A stretch of DNA of 64,000 nucleotides from Chthoniobacterales bacterium (GTDB lineage: Bacteria > Verrucomicrobiota > Verrucomicrobiia > Chthoniobacterales > Chthoniobacteraceae): contig JBBQZX010000008.1 in assembly GCA_038207335.1 (NCBI GenBank), positions 32,001-96,000 of the forward strand, written 5' to 3'. Position 1 is the stretch's first letter, and the number at the start of each line of letters is the position of its first letter. The notes beneath the pieces are model-generated. The model saw nothing but the letters and a program-made list of their open reading frames with translations. It was not told where the DNA came from and did not search any database. Shown in pieces: positions 19,575 through 28,880 of this stretch. Position numbers and translations under genes: made by a program.

Positions 19575-21197
19575 TCAGTCGAATTTCAGCGCCGGTCGAA
19601 ACTCCGCAACGCGGTCCGGGAAACACGGACGGAACTTGGTTTCCCGAAAATAGACGACGCATTCGTTGTCCGAGGTTCCGCGGATTTTCACGGTTTCTTT
19701 GAAATAGGTATCGGTCAGCAGCGGTTCGATTTGCTCGGTGAGAGTGTCGTCGATGACCACGAAATCGGCGTCATCGAGTTTCTTCGGGATGTGATCTTCA
19801 TCGCCCATGTTCATGCGTGTGAAATCGCCGAGCATCCATGCGAGCGGGTGCTGATTTTCCGTGAGCACGTATCCGATGAGGTGGAAATTGACGGCGTCGA
19901 GTGCGGCAAGCGCCTTGAGTGGGCCGACGGCGTTATCTACGTCCGGGAGCGTCTGCACATAGACGTAGGGCTCATCCTCGTCGGTGAAGTTGCGGAAGTT
20001 GAGGAGGCATGTCGCTCCGAGAGAACATGCCGCGAGCGCGATGGCGAAGCTGCCGACGATCCATTTGTCGAAGCGCGAAAAGGCGCGGTCGAGCGTGATG
20101 CCAAAGAGGAACAAAAACGGCCACATCAATACGATGAGGCACCACGGAGTCTTATAGGCGACGAGGCTGTAGGCCGTGAGCGCGCCGAGGCCGTAGATCG
20201 CGAGATAGCGGGTCGTGCGCCGCGTGCGGGGCAGCACGACGAACGGCGCAGCGACGAGCCCGAGCAGCGCGGGCCACTCGTATCGGGCGAAGAGCGTGAG
20301 CCAGTAGTTCGTCGTGAAGATGTCGGTGAAGCCGTGCTGGAAAAATCCGATGAAGCCACTCTGCCAGAACTGCCACAGCCACGGCTTTTCATGCCCCGAT
20401 TCGCCCTGCATACCGGTCGCAAACCACGCGGAAAATGTCTGAAACATGCCCGGCAGCGAGCTCCAGTCGAGTAGCGCGCCCGTATAGAAAAAGAGGATCA
20501 GCAGGCCGCCAACCGTCATCGCTACTTCGAGATCGGCGCGAACCCATCGCTGCCCGGCGATCAAGGCTGGCGCTGAATCCGACGCCTGCTCGAGCGCGAG
20601 GAGCGCAGGCACGGCGAGGAGCATCGCGGCGATGTGGATGACGTAGGTTTCCTTTGTCAAAATCATCCCGGTGACGCCGAGCATGAGAGCCCAGAGCGCG
20701 CGCTTTTCACCGCTGCGCCAGAGGCCGAGAAGCCCGAGAAAAACGAGCAGAAGCGAGGCGAGCAGCCACGTCTCGTGGATCGCGTATCGGCCGTAGAAAA
20801 CCATGCCGGGCGAGATCGCCATCGCGAGCGCGGCGAACTGGCATGGACGTTTTCCGAAGTGCGGGCGGAACATCAACGCGAGCGCGACGCACGCCGTGCT
20901 CGCGAGCGCGAGCGGCAGGCGAAGCGCCCAGACGTGCCGCCCGAGAAGCGTCTGCGCGACGAAGAGGACGTAGAAATGAAACGGCCCATGGAAATTCGTC
21001 GGGTCGTAGTGGTAGAAACCCTCCTCCGTCATTTGATCGACGAAAAATCCGTTTACACCTTCGTCGAAATGCGGCGGCTTGATGCCGAGCCACGCGAGCC
21101 GCAGCACGAGAGCCAGCAGTACGATCGCGATCGAAATCCAATCCTTATGCGGAAGACGGACGGGGTTTTTAAATGGACTCGATGCGGTGTCGGACAC
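19575..21197 (-). CDS. TIGR03663/Agl23-like GT-C (PMT_2-like) membrane glycosyltransferase
   Basis: KPPHFDEGVN, YHYDPTNFHGP, FYGRYAIHE, TKET, YKTPW. Confidence 0.78.
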   Translation of the reverse strand: MSDTASSPFKNPVRLPHKDWISIAIVLLALVLRLAWLGIKPPHFDEGVNGFFVDQMTEEGFYHYDPTNFHGPFHFYVLFVAQTLLGRHVWALRLPLALASTACVALALMFRPHFGKRPCQFAALAMAISPGMVFYGRYAIHETWLLASLLLVFLGLLGLWRSGEKRALWALMLGVTGMILTKETYVIHIAAMLLAVPALLALEQASDSAPALIAGQRWVRADLEVAMTVGGLLILFFYTGALLDWSSLPGMFQTFSAWFATGMQGESGHEKPWLWQFWQSGFIGFFQHGFTDIFTTNYWLTLFARYEWPALLGLVAAPFVVLPRTRRTTRYLAIYGLGALTAYSLVAYKTPWCLIVLMWPFLFLFGITLDRAFSRFDKWIVGSFAIALAACSLGATCLLNFRNFTDEDEPYVYVQTLPDVDNAVGPLKALAALDAVNFHLIGYVLTENQHPLAWMLGDFTRMNMGDEDHIPKKLDDADFVVIDDTLTEQIEPLLTDTYFKETVKIRGTSDNECVVYFRETKFRPCFPDRVAEFRPALKFD

Positions 21198-21291
21198 GCG
21201 GCGAAGCAGCTATCAGGCGTCCCGACGCGGCTCAACTTGAACCGCACGCCTTTGACCCCGTGAGCGCCGCGCTGATAGATAAAGCCGCCCG

Positions 21292-22029
21292 ATGTCGCCC
21301 CATCTTTCGATCGTGATCCCCGCCTGGAACGAAGCGGCGCGCCTGCCGCCGACGCTCGCGGCACTAAGCGCGTTCTGCGCCGCGCAGAATTTCGCGAGCG
21401 AGGTGCTCATCGTCGTCGAACCGGGCAGCGATTCGACGCTCAAAATCGCGCAGGCGCACGCGACGCAGGACGCGCGATTTCGCGTGATCGAAAACGCGGC
21501 ACATCGAGGCAAAGGTTTCGCGGTGCGGACCGGGGTTTTGCGGGCGACAGGCGCGCACATTTTCTACATGGACGCGGACCTGAGTGTGCCGCTGTGTGAA
21601 GTGGCGGCGTTCCTGGAGTGCTTCGACGCGCAGCCCGGGACGCATGTTTTGATCGGAAATCGCGCGCATTCGCGCAGTCGGATCACGCGACGGCAGTCGC
21701 CGCTGCGGCAGCGCATGGGACAGATGTTCAACCGCATCCTGCAATCGCTCGCACTCGTCTCGATGCGCGACACGCAGTGCGGCTTCAAAGCATTCCGTCG
21801 CGACGCTGCGCGCGCCATTTTCGAGCGGCAGACACTCGACGGATTTGCCTTCGACGTGGAGGCGCTGCTGCTCGCGGAACGACTCGGGCACAAGATCGCC
21901 GACTTGCCGGTCGAATGGATCAATTCCCCGGAATCGAAAGTCCGCATCGTCCGCGACAGCCTCGCCATGCTGCGCGACACCGTGCGCGTGCGCCGGATCG
22001 TCGAGGCCTCGATGCGAGCCGTGAAATAG
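21292..22029 (+). CDS. Polyprenyl/dolichyl-phosphate glycosyltransferase (GT2, ALG5/DPG-synthase-like)
   Basis: LSIVIPAWNE, GKGFAVRTG, MDADLS, DTQCGFKAF, GFAFDVE. Confidence 0.88.
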   Translation: MSPHLSIVIPAWNEAARLPPTLAALSAFCAAQNFASEVLIVVEPGSDSTLKIAQAHATQDARFRVIENAAHRGKGFAVRTGVLRATGAHIFYMDADLSVPLCEVAAFLECFDAQPGTHVLIGNRAHSRSRITRRQSPLRQRMGQMFNRILQSLALVSMRDTQCGFKAFRRDAARAIFERQTLDGFAFDVEALLLAERLGHKIADLPVEWINSPESKVRIVRDSLAMLRDTVRVRRIVEASMRAVK

Positions 22030-22069
22030 TTGGCGCACTCCGGTGCCGCTGCTAAAACCGCGCGCTTTT

Positions 22070-23044
22070 ATGCGACTTCTTGTCACCGGCGGCTGCGGCT
22101 TCATCGGCAGCAATTTCATCCGGCACGTGCTCCAGCACTTCGGCCCGGAGATGATCAGCAATGTCGATGCGCTCACTTACGCGGGCAATCCGGCGAACCT
22201 CGAGGGGATCGCGGAGGAGTTCGGCGAGCGGTATGAATTTTACAAGGCGGACATCGCGAACCGCGCGCAGATCGATGCGCTCATGGCGAAGCATCAGTTC
22301 TACGCAGTGGTGAATTTCGCCGCGGAGTCGCACGTCGATCGGTCGATCGACTCGGCGGAGAATTTCATCCACGCGAATATCGTCGGCACCTCCGTGCTGC
22401 TGGAATGCGCGCGACGACACGGCGTGCGGCGCTTTCTCCAAGTCTCGACCGACGAGGTGTATGGCTCGCTCGGGCCGGAGGGGAAATTCAGCGAGACCTC
22501 GCCGCTCGACCCGAGCTCGCCCTACTCGGCGAGCAAGGCCAGCGCCGATTTGCTGGCGCTCGCGCATCACCACACATACGGGCAGGAGGTCGTCATCACG
22601 CGCTGCTCGAACAACTACGGGCCGTATCAGTTCCCCGAAAAGTTGATCCCGCTGATGATCCTAAATGCTCTGCGCGACCTGCCGCTGCCGGTCTATGGCG
22701 ACGGGCTGAACGTGCGCGATTGGATTCACGTCGAGGATCACTGCGCCGCGATTTTCGCCGCGCTGCTGGAGGGGAAGCCGGGCGAAATTTACAACGTCGG
22801 CTCGGATGGCGAGATGGCGAATATCGACGTGGTGAAGTTGATCCTGCGGCACCTCGGCAAGCCAGAGAGCCTGATCAAATATGTGCCGGACCGGCTCGGG
22901 CACGACCGGCGATACGCGATCGATTCGTCGAAGGCGCACGCGGCGCTCGGCTGGAAACCGCGGCACAATCACGAGCGGGGAATCGGCGAGACGATCGACT
23001 GGTATTTGAAAAATCGCGCGTGGTGGGAGCCGTTGCTGAAGTGA
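22070..23044 (+). CDS. rfbB: dTDP-glucose 4,6-dehydratase
   Basis: GGCGFIGSNF, AAESHVDRSI, STDEVYG, YSASK, HDRRY. Confidence 0.95.
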   Translation: MRLLVTGGCGFIGSNFIRHVLQHFGPEMISNVDALTYAGNPANLEGIAEEFGERYEFYKADIANRAQIDALMAKHQFYAVVNFAAESHVDRSIDSAENFIHANIVGTSVLLECARRHGVRRFLQVSTDEVYGSLGPEGKFSETSPLDPSSPYSASKASADLLALAHHHTYGQEVVITRCSNNYGPYQFPEKLIPLMILNALRDLPLPVYGDGLNVRDWIHVEDHCAAIFAALLEGKPGEIYNVGSDGEMANIDVVKLILRHLGKPESLIKYVPDRLGHDRRYAIDSSKAHAALGWKPRHNHERGIGETIDWYLKNRAWWEPLLK

Positions 23045-23931
23045 AGGCGTTGCGCGTCGCGATCGTCGGCAGTGGCGGGCGGCTCGGCGCGGCGCTGGCG
23101 CGTGAGTGGGCGGCGGGCGGCGATGAGATTGTGGGGTTCGACCACGCGGCACTGGACATCGGGGACTTTGCGGCGGTGCGCGCGGCGGTGTCGGCGTCGG
23201 AGTTCGACGTGCTCGTGAATTGCGCGGCGCAGACGAATGTGGATCGCTGCGAGACGCACGAAGAGGAGGCGATTCGGATCAACGGCGAGGCCGTGCGAAA
23301 TCTCGCGGAAGCCTGCAAGCAAGCGGGTCCGCGGTGCATTCACATCGGCACGGACTACGTTTTCGACGGAGAGAAACGCGCGCCATACACCGAGACGGAC
23401 GAGGCCCGACCGATCAGCAAATACGGGGCGTCGAAGCTTGCGGGCGAGACGGCGCTGCTGGATGTCTCGGATCAAAATCTCGTGGTCCGCGTGTCATGGG
23501 TTTTCGGGCCGGACCGCGCGAGTTTCGTGGACGGGATTTTGAAGCGCGCACTCGAGAACGACACCGCCGAAGCGATCGGCGATAAGATCGCCGTGCCGAC
23601 TTACACGCTCGATGCCGCGCGGCTGCTGCATCCGTTTCTCGCCGACGTGCCGGTCGGCGGAGTCGTGCATCTTTCAAACGCCGGCGAGTGCTCGTGGCGG
23701 GAATACGGCCAGCACGCGATCGACTGCGCGGTCGCGGCAGGCGTGCCGATGAAAGCGCGAACCGTCGCCCCGCTGAAGATGGCCGACCTCAAAGCATTCA
23801 TCGCCAAGCGGCCGGTCTATACCGCGATGTCCACGGAGAAACTCACGCGCCTCACCGATCTCACGCCGCGTCCGTGGCGCGATGCGGTGGAGGAATACGT
23901 CGCAGCGTGGGCGCGGACATTGCCGCGGTAG
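23041..23931 (+). CDS. rfbD: dTDP-4-dehydrorhamnose reductase
   Basis: GSGGRLG, NCAAQTNVD, TDYVFDG, YGASKLAGE; GTG start overlaps the rfbB stop. Confidence 0.9.
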   Translation: MKALRVAIVGSGGRLGAALAREWAAGGDEIVGFDHAALDIGDFAAVRAAVSASEFDVLVNCAAQTNVDRCETHEEEAIRINGEAVRNLAEACKQAGPRCIHIGTDYVFDGEKRAPYTETDEARPISKYGASKLAGETALLDVSDQNLVVRVSWVFGPDRASFVDGILKRALENDTAEAIGDKIAVPTYTLDAARLLHPFLADVPVGGVVHLSNAGECSWREYGQHAIDCAVAAGVPMKARTVAPLKMADLKAFIAKRPVYTAMSTEKLTRLTDLTPRPWRDAVEEYVAAWARTLPR

Positions 23932-23943
23932 CACGCGCCTCCC

Positions 23944-24321
23944 CTACGACCGGAGCGCGCTCGCGGCGAGGTGCCCGAGCCATACGGCGACGAGGCAAAG
24001 CAGCACCGAGCCCGCGACATTCAGCGCGGCATGGAGCCACTGGCCGTCCTGAAAAAGATTTAGCGTTTGCAGGCTGAAAGACGAAAACGTCGTGAATCCA
24101 CCCAGCACTCCGACGATCACGAACTGCCGCGCCAGAGGAGCAGCACCGCCCTCCGTCAGTGCAGCCACGAAGCCGATGATCGCGCTGCCGACCACATTCA
24201 CGACGAGCGTGCCGAGCGGGAAAGTCGCGCCGAATCGCGTGCCGACAAACGTTACAAGCGCCATGCGAAAACCCGTCCCGAGCGCGCCGCCCAGCATCAC
24301 GGCGAGGTAGGTTTTCAGCAT
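23944..24321 (-). CDS. crcB: Fluoride channel Fluc/CrcB
   Basis: GGALGTGFR, FPLGTLVVN, GVLGGFTTFSSF. Confidence 0.93.
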   Translation of the reverse strand: MLKTYLAVMLGGALGTGFRMALVTFVGTRFGATFPLGTLVVNVVGSAIIGFVAALTEGGAAPLARQFVIVGVLGGFTTFSSFSLQTLNLFQDGQWLHAALNVAGSVLLCLVAVWLGHLAASALRS

Positions 24322-24342
24322 CGGATCACGATGCCAGCACGC

Positions 24343-25812
24343 TCACGTTTTGGGAATCTCGTTGAGCGTGTAGTAGCCCACCGGATGCACCAGCGCGCCG
24401 CCGGATGTAGAGCGCACGCCATCGAGATGCAGTTCGTGAATATGCCCTTTCGTCAGCGGTGAAATCGTGAGCCGCACCGACTTTCCATCCGCGCCGACCG
24501 TCGCCGCGGTGATCTTAGGAATCACGTCATCGACCTCCGGGCTGCCGTATTCCGCGCGGTAGATGTAGGTGAATTCGCGCATCGAATAGCTCGCCACATT
24601 TCCCGCTGTCGCGCGATCGACCGGCTCGGTGAACGTCACCTCGAACCCATCCGGCTTCGCGTGCATCTCATGCACCTCAAAGGGCACCTTTCCCGTCCAG
24701 TTCACGCGCTCGAAGTCGAACGGTTTCCCGCCTTTCGACCCCCAACCGCGATCCGAACCGCCCGCAAAAATCTGGCCGTGCACGTCGTCCATCCGACCGC
24801 CAATGATCCCCGACTTGAAGCCCTTGAGGAACGGGAACACTGCGCCCTGCTTGATTCCATTCACTTCCTCCAAAAACACGCGCGAGATATTCGACGCGCT
24901 TTGATCCGCGATGAAGAGCTGCTTTTCAAATGGCCCAAACTTCCCGGCGCTCTGATCGCACACAATGAAGGACGACGAATTTCCGATCTTCGCATGCACC
25001 AGATACACTGCGGGCGGCACGAGTTCCTTGATCCGCTCGCGCTCCGTCACCATGCGGCTCTTGTCCGTCGGCTCGACCGGACGCGGCCCCATGTTTGGCG
25101 CTTTGTCATACCATTTGAAACCACCGGGATGTCCCTGGAATGTCCCGGGAATCAAGTGCTGAAGCGTGCAGGCCCCACGCCACGGGCCTTGATTGTCCGT
25201 GAAATAAACCTCCCCGTCCGCGTCGAATCCGATGCCGCCCGGCGACCGCACACCGCTGCACGTCGGCACCATCGTGCCATCCGGCTTGATCCGCATCGCC
25301 CATCCGCGGAAGTCGATCGCACTGCTGAACGACCCCGTGAGACACAGCGTCACCCACAGGTCGCCGTCTTTGTCGAAGCGCGAGCCAAACGCATACTCGT
25401 GGTAGTCGCCGCTCACGCCCCAGCCGTCGCTCACCGTCGCAAAAGTATCCGCGCGCCCGTCGCCGTCGTCGTCCTTCAGCCGCGCGACCTCGTAGCGATT
25501 CGTCGTGAAAATCGAGTCGTCCTTTTTGGAATACGCGAGCCCCATCACCTCATGCTGACCAGCCGCAAAGAGCTGATACTTCAATGCGCTCGGCTCCGCG
25601 GCTTCCGCACCGGAGACCGTCCAGATTTCACCGCGCCGCGTGCCGAGCGCGAGTCGGTCGCCGGGCAGCAACTCGATCGCGCTCACCTCCAGCGCGGTGC
25701 CCTCGGGCGTATCGAAAGTCGTGATCTTGTAATAGTCCGACTCCGGCAAATCCGCCGCGTGAAGTGCGGAAGCGCAGAGGACGATGGCAGAAAGAGCGGT
25801 GGAAAATTTCAT
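24343..25812 (-). CDS. Secreted beta-propeller protein (glucose/sorbosone-dehydrogenase-like, PVC type)
   Basis: Signal peptide, LKDDDGDGRAD, YHEYAFG, SGVRSPGG, TDNQGPW. Confidence 0.7.
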   Translation of the reverse strand: MKFSTALSAIVLCASALHAADLPESDYYKITTFDTPEGTALEVSAIELLPGDRLALGTRRGEIWTVSGAEAAEPSALKYQLFAAGQHEVMGLAYSKKDDSIFTTNRYEVARLKDDDGDGRADTFATVSDGWGVSGDYHEYAFGSRFDKDGDLWVTLCLTGSFSSAIDFRGWAMRIKPDGTMVPTCSGVRSPGGIGFDADGEVYFTDNQGPWRGACTLQHLIPGTFQGHPGGFKWYDKAPNMGPRPVEPTDKSRMVTERERIKELVPPAVYLVHAKIGNSSSFIVCDQSAGKFGPFEKQLFIADQSASNISRVFLEEVNGIKQGAVFPFLKGFKSGIIGGRMDDVHGQIFAGGSDRGWGSKGGKPFDFERVNWTGKVPFEVHEMHAKPDGFEVTFTEPVDRATAGNVASYSMREFTYIYRAEYGSPEVDDVIPKITAATVGADGKSVRLTISPLTKGHIHELHLDGVRSTSGGALVHPVGYYTLNEIPKT

Positions 25813-25836
25813 CGGTGTTTGGGGTAAAAGTGGGCG

Positions 25837-27408
25837 TCAGCGGGCTCCGGTCGGCCACGAGTAAGTCACGACGATTTCGCTCCGCGCGGGCACCACGAGA
25901 CTTTTGCCAGCGAGCTTCGCACCGTCCGCCGAGACTCGCATTTTGGTTCCATTTTCCACGATCCAAGCGCCATCGCCGGTCGGCTGCGCCGCGCCCGCGG
26001 CGAGCCGGAAAAGCGCGCCCGCCGGGACTGCGCCGTCGAGCTTCACCGTGCGTGTCAGCTTGCCGGAATCCGTCGTCCCATTGCCCGCCACATCGAAGCG
26101 GTCGCTCACCTTCACGCCATTCCAGTCATACGAAAATGTCGGGAAACGCCCGTGATCCAGCGTGTATCCGCGCCATTTGAAATCCGTCGCGCGCTCCCCT
26201 TTCGCGAGCCGCGGCCACTCCGAACCGTCCGCGACCACTGCCAGCGGAAGACCGCTCTCACCGCCCGCATTCAGCACATCATATCCGAGCGGCGGCTGCG
26301 CTCCGCCTCCGCGATCCGTCCAGTGCCGCGCCGCATCGATAAACGCCCCGCGCCACACCAGCGCGAGCGCCATCGTCTCGGCATTCCACGCGATATTGAA
26401 GCCGCCCGGATAGCCCACTGCGATCCCGCGATCGCCCGCGCCCACGATGAAATTCCGATAAATTACCGGCTCCTTTTCCACCGTTAGCGGCATCCCGGAA
26501 TTCGGATCCTTGCGCTTCGCCTGCGCCCCCTCCTTCCAGTTCGGCGGCGTCCATTTGGAAAGCGGCGTCATCGCAAAAGTCGGCCCGCTCCAAGCCGCGA
26601 AAATCTCGGCTTCGCCTGCCGCCTGAAAATATTCGAGCCGAAAATCGTGCGTGCCCGCCGCGAGCTTCACCTTCCCAGCACGAATGTCGGCCGCGGGATG
26701 AATCCCGTCGTGCTCCACGAGCTTTTTCCCATCGATCGAAAGTCGCACGCCATCGTCTCCCGTGATCGCAAACGTGTAATCGCCAGCCGTTTCCGCGTTC
26801 ACCTTTGCCGAATACACGACACCGAAATCATTCCGATAATCGTCTAGCTTGATTTCCACCAAGCCGTCCTTCAGCTCCCCCTCGCGAAACGGCTTCAGCG
26901 TCGGAAAATCCGGCAGCGTCTTCCACGCGCCGAGATACATCGCGAACTTCAAATCCTGCAGCTTCGGCGCCGCTCCCGACACCCGCATCCGTCCCTGCAT
27001 GATCGCCGCGTGCCCCGGCATCGAGCAGACAAATGGATACACGCCCGCCGCATCCGGCGCGCGAAATGCCAGCTCCGCGCGCCCCTTTGGATTCACCAGC
27101 GGCGTGTGCGCGAGCAACCGCGGATCGGTCGGAATCCAGTCGCGCTTCAGCGCCTCCTCCGGTTTTTCGAGCTGCGCGTTGCACACTGCGACGACATCCG
27201 TGCCCGGCTGGAAAAACAGCAAATTGTGCGGCATGTCGTCCGGGTTCTCGAACGCGATCTTCACCTCCGAGCCCGGCGTCACCGTCAGCTCCGTCGTGTC
27301 GTAGCGCATCTGCGCCGGCAGCGTTTTGATGATAAAGGTGAACGTCTCGGCGGTCGCAGTCGCGATCGTGAAAATCGAAGCCAAAAGCAGGGAAAGAAAA
27401 GTGCGCAT
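25837..27408 (-). CDS. Secreted azurin/plastocyanin-like + PA14 multidomain protein
   Basis: MPHN and CSMPGHAAIM (type-1 Cu ligands); GDDGVRLSIDG...HDGIH...LEYFQ (PA14). Confidence 0.8.
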   Translation of the reverse strand: MRTFLSLLLASIFTIATATAETFTFIIKTLPAQMRYDTTELTVTPGSEVKIAFENPDDMPHNLLFFQPGTDVVAVCNAQLEKPEEALKRDWIPTDPRLLAHTPLVNPKGRAELAFRAPDAAGVYPFVCSMPGHAAIMQGRMRVSGAAPKLQDLKFAMYLGAWKTLPDFPTLKPFREGELKDGLVEIKLDDYRNDFGVVYSAKVNAETAGDYTFAITGDDGVRLSIDGKKLVEHDGIHPAADIRAGKVKLAAGTHDFRLEYFQAAGEAEIFAAWSGPTFAMTPLSKWTPPNWKEGAQAKRKDPNSGMPLTVEKEPVIYRNFIVGAGDRGIAVGYPGGFNIAWNAETMALALVWRGAFIDAARHWTDRGGGAQPPLGYDVLNAGGESGLPLAVVADGSEWPRLAKGERATDFKWRGYTLDHGRFPTFSYDWNGVKVSDRFDVAGNGTTDSGKLTRTVKLDGAVPAGALFRLAAGAAQPTGDGAWIVENGTKMRVSADGAKLAGKSLVVPARSEIVVTYSWPTGAR

Positions 27409-27521
27409 CGGAGTTGGGAGAAAAGCGTTTGGGGAGTTGGAATCAATGCAACCTCGCCGGACTGAAAGTCTTTGATTCAACGGCGCACCCGCGTTTCTGC
27501 CAATCGCCTCTGGCAACTTCC

Positions 27522-28880
27522 TCAGCGCCCGCGAGCCACGAGCCGCGCACCCGCGATAACGATCAACAGAGTCGCGAGAGGTGCCAAAAACGCGGCTAAC
27601 AGCATCGCGGAAAGCACGGACGTCTGACCGTAGTGCGCGAGATTGTGCAGCCGCACAAAGACCGGCGTGAGGCCGACAGGCGCGAGAATCGAACCCGCTG
27701 TGAAGTCGAAATACGCGACGTAAAAGAGCAGCGCGAAAGCCGCCACTCGCGGCCCGATTTCAAAATGCCAATACAACCCGGCATCGCCGGTCTGCCGCGC
27801 GATGTGCAGTGCTGGCGAGCGCTCCGGCACAAGCGTGCGCAGCAGCAGCGCGAGCGGAAAAAGCAATACACCGAGCGCAAGCAAGAGCGGCACCGGCGAG
27901 TCGTACGCCGCCCGCAAAATCGGCGTCTGAAAAAACGAAAGCACGAGAAGCGAAACGACGAGCGCGCCGAGCAAACCGAACCCGGCGAACAGCGCCGGGA
28001 GCACGATTTTCCCGCGACTCACCCACCCCCCCGCGCTCGCGATGCAGGCCGCGCCGAGCGCAAAGAACAGGCTCGCGCCGATTTCGCGACCGAGCACGAA
28101 ATTGCCCGCGATCGCGCGAAAGCCCGTCGTTGCTTGACCCGCGACGATCGCCATCGGCACGAAACACACAAAAGCCGCCGCGCCTGCAACGTAAGCGCGT
28201 GCGAATACGCCGGGTAACGCATGCGTCCCGGTGGTCGATATCGGCGTCCCGCCGACACGAGGGGCGAGTTTGGCGGCCGGACGCAGCGCCCACGCGACGA
28301 GCGCGAGCACACCGATTTCCACCACTACTGGCCACACCGCGAGTCGCAGCGTATCGCCGAGCGCGAACCCGCCCGCCTGCGCATCGAAAATCGCGACCGT
28401 CCAAGTCCGCACGCTCCACAATGACGCGAGTTCGAAATCCGAGAACGCGAGAATGAACACGAGCCCCGCGGCGACCCACGGACCCGCCCCCGGAGCCCGC
28501 AACGCGAACCGCGCACGAATCCACCGCGACCCCGATGCAAAGAGCCGAAACGCGTGCCTCGCCTCATCTGAAATCGGCGGCGGCACCATCGCGCGGATGA
28601 GCACCGCCACCGGCGTGAGCTTCATGGCGAGCACGACGACATAGAGCGCATCGTGGCTCCACGGCGACGCGACCAGCGCGAGCGCGAACTTCGTAAACGC
28701 GTAGCTCACGAGCAGCGCGGGCGTGAGAAAAGGCGCGCACGCCAGCGCCCAAGCGACCACACGCCCCCGGCCACGCAGCCCACCAAGCCACGCCGCCAGC
28801 GGCCCGGAAACCACAATAGCCGTCGAAGCCACGATGAGCGCGCGAACAAGCGCCAGAGCCGTTTGCGGGCCGATGCTCAC
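27522..28880 (-). CDS. ABC transporter permease (Fe3+/thiamine-type, divergent)
   Basis: Highly hydrophobic two-repeat protein; GTGA overlap with the upstream substrate-binding gene. Confidence 0.7.
   Translation of the reverse strand: MSIGPQTALALVRALIVASTAIVVSGPLAAWLGGLRGRGRVVAWALACAPFLTPALLVSYAFTKFALALVASPWSHDALYVVVLAMKLTPVAVLIRAMVPPPISDEARHAFRLFASGSRWIRARFALRAPGAGPWVAAGLVFILAFSDFELASLWSVRTWTVAIFDAQAGGFALGDTLRLAVWPVVVEIGVLALVAWALRPAAKLAPRVGGTPISTTGTHALPGVFARAYVAGAAAFVCFVPMAIVAGQATTGFRAIAGNFVLGREIGASLFFALGAACIASAGGWVSRGKIVLPALFAGFGLLGALVVSLLVLSFFQTPILRAAYDSPVPLLLALGVLLFPLALLLRTLVPERSPALHIARQTGDAGLYWHFEIGPRVAAFALLFYVAYFDFTAGSILAPVGLTPVFVRLHNLAHYGQTSVLSAMLLAAFLAPLATLLIVIAGARLVARGR

Noticed and set aside
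22405..23040. N-terminal extension of the 508-aa ORF containing RfbD
   Set aside because: It overlaps rfbB out of frame; the real start is the GTG at 23041.
24322..24342. Fluoride riboswitch upstream of crcB
   Set aside because: Only 21 nt of intergenic space and no recognisable aptamer motif.
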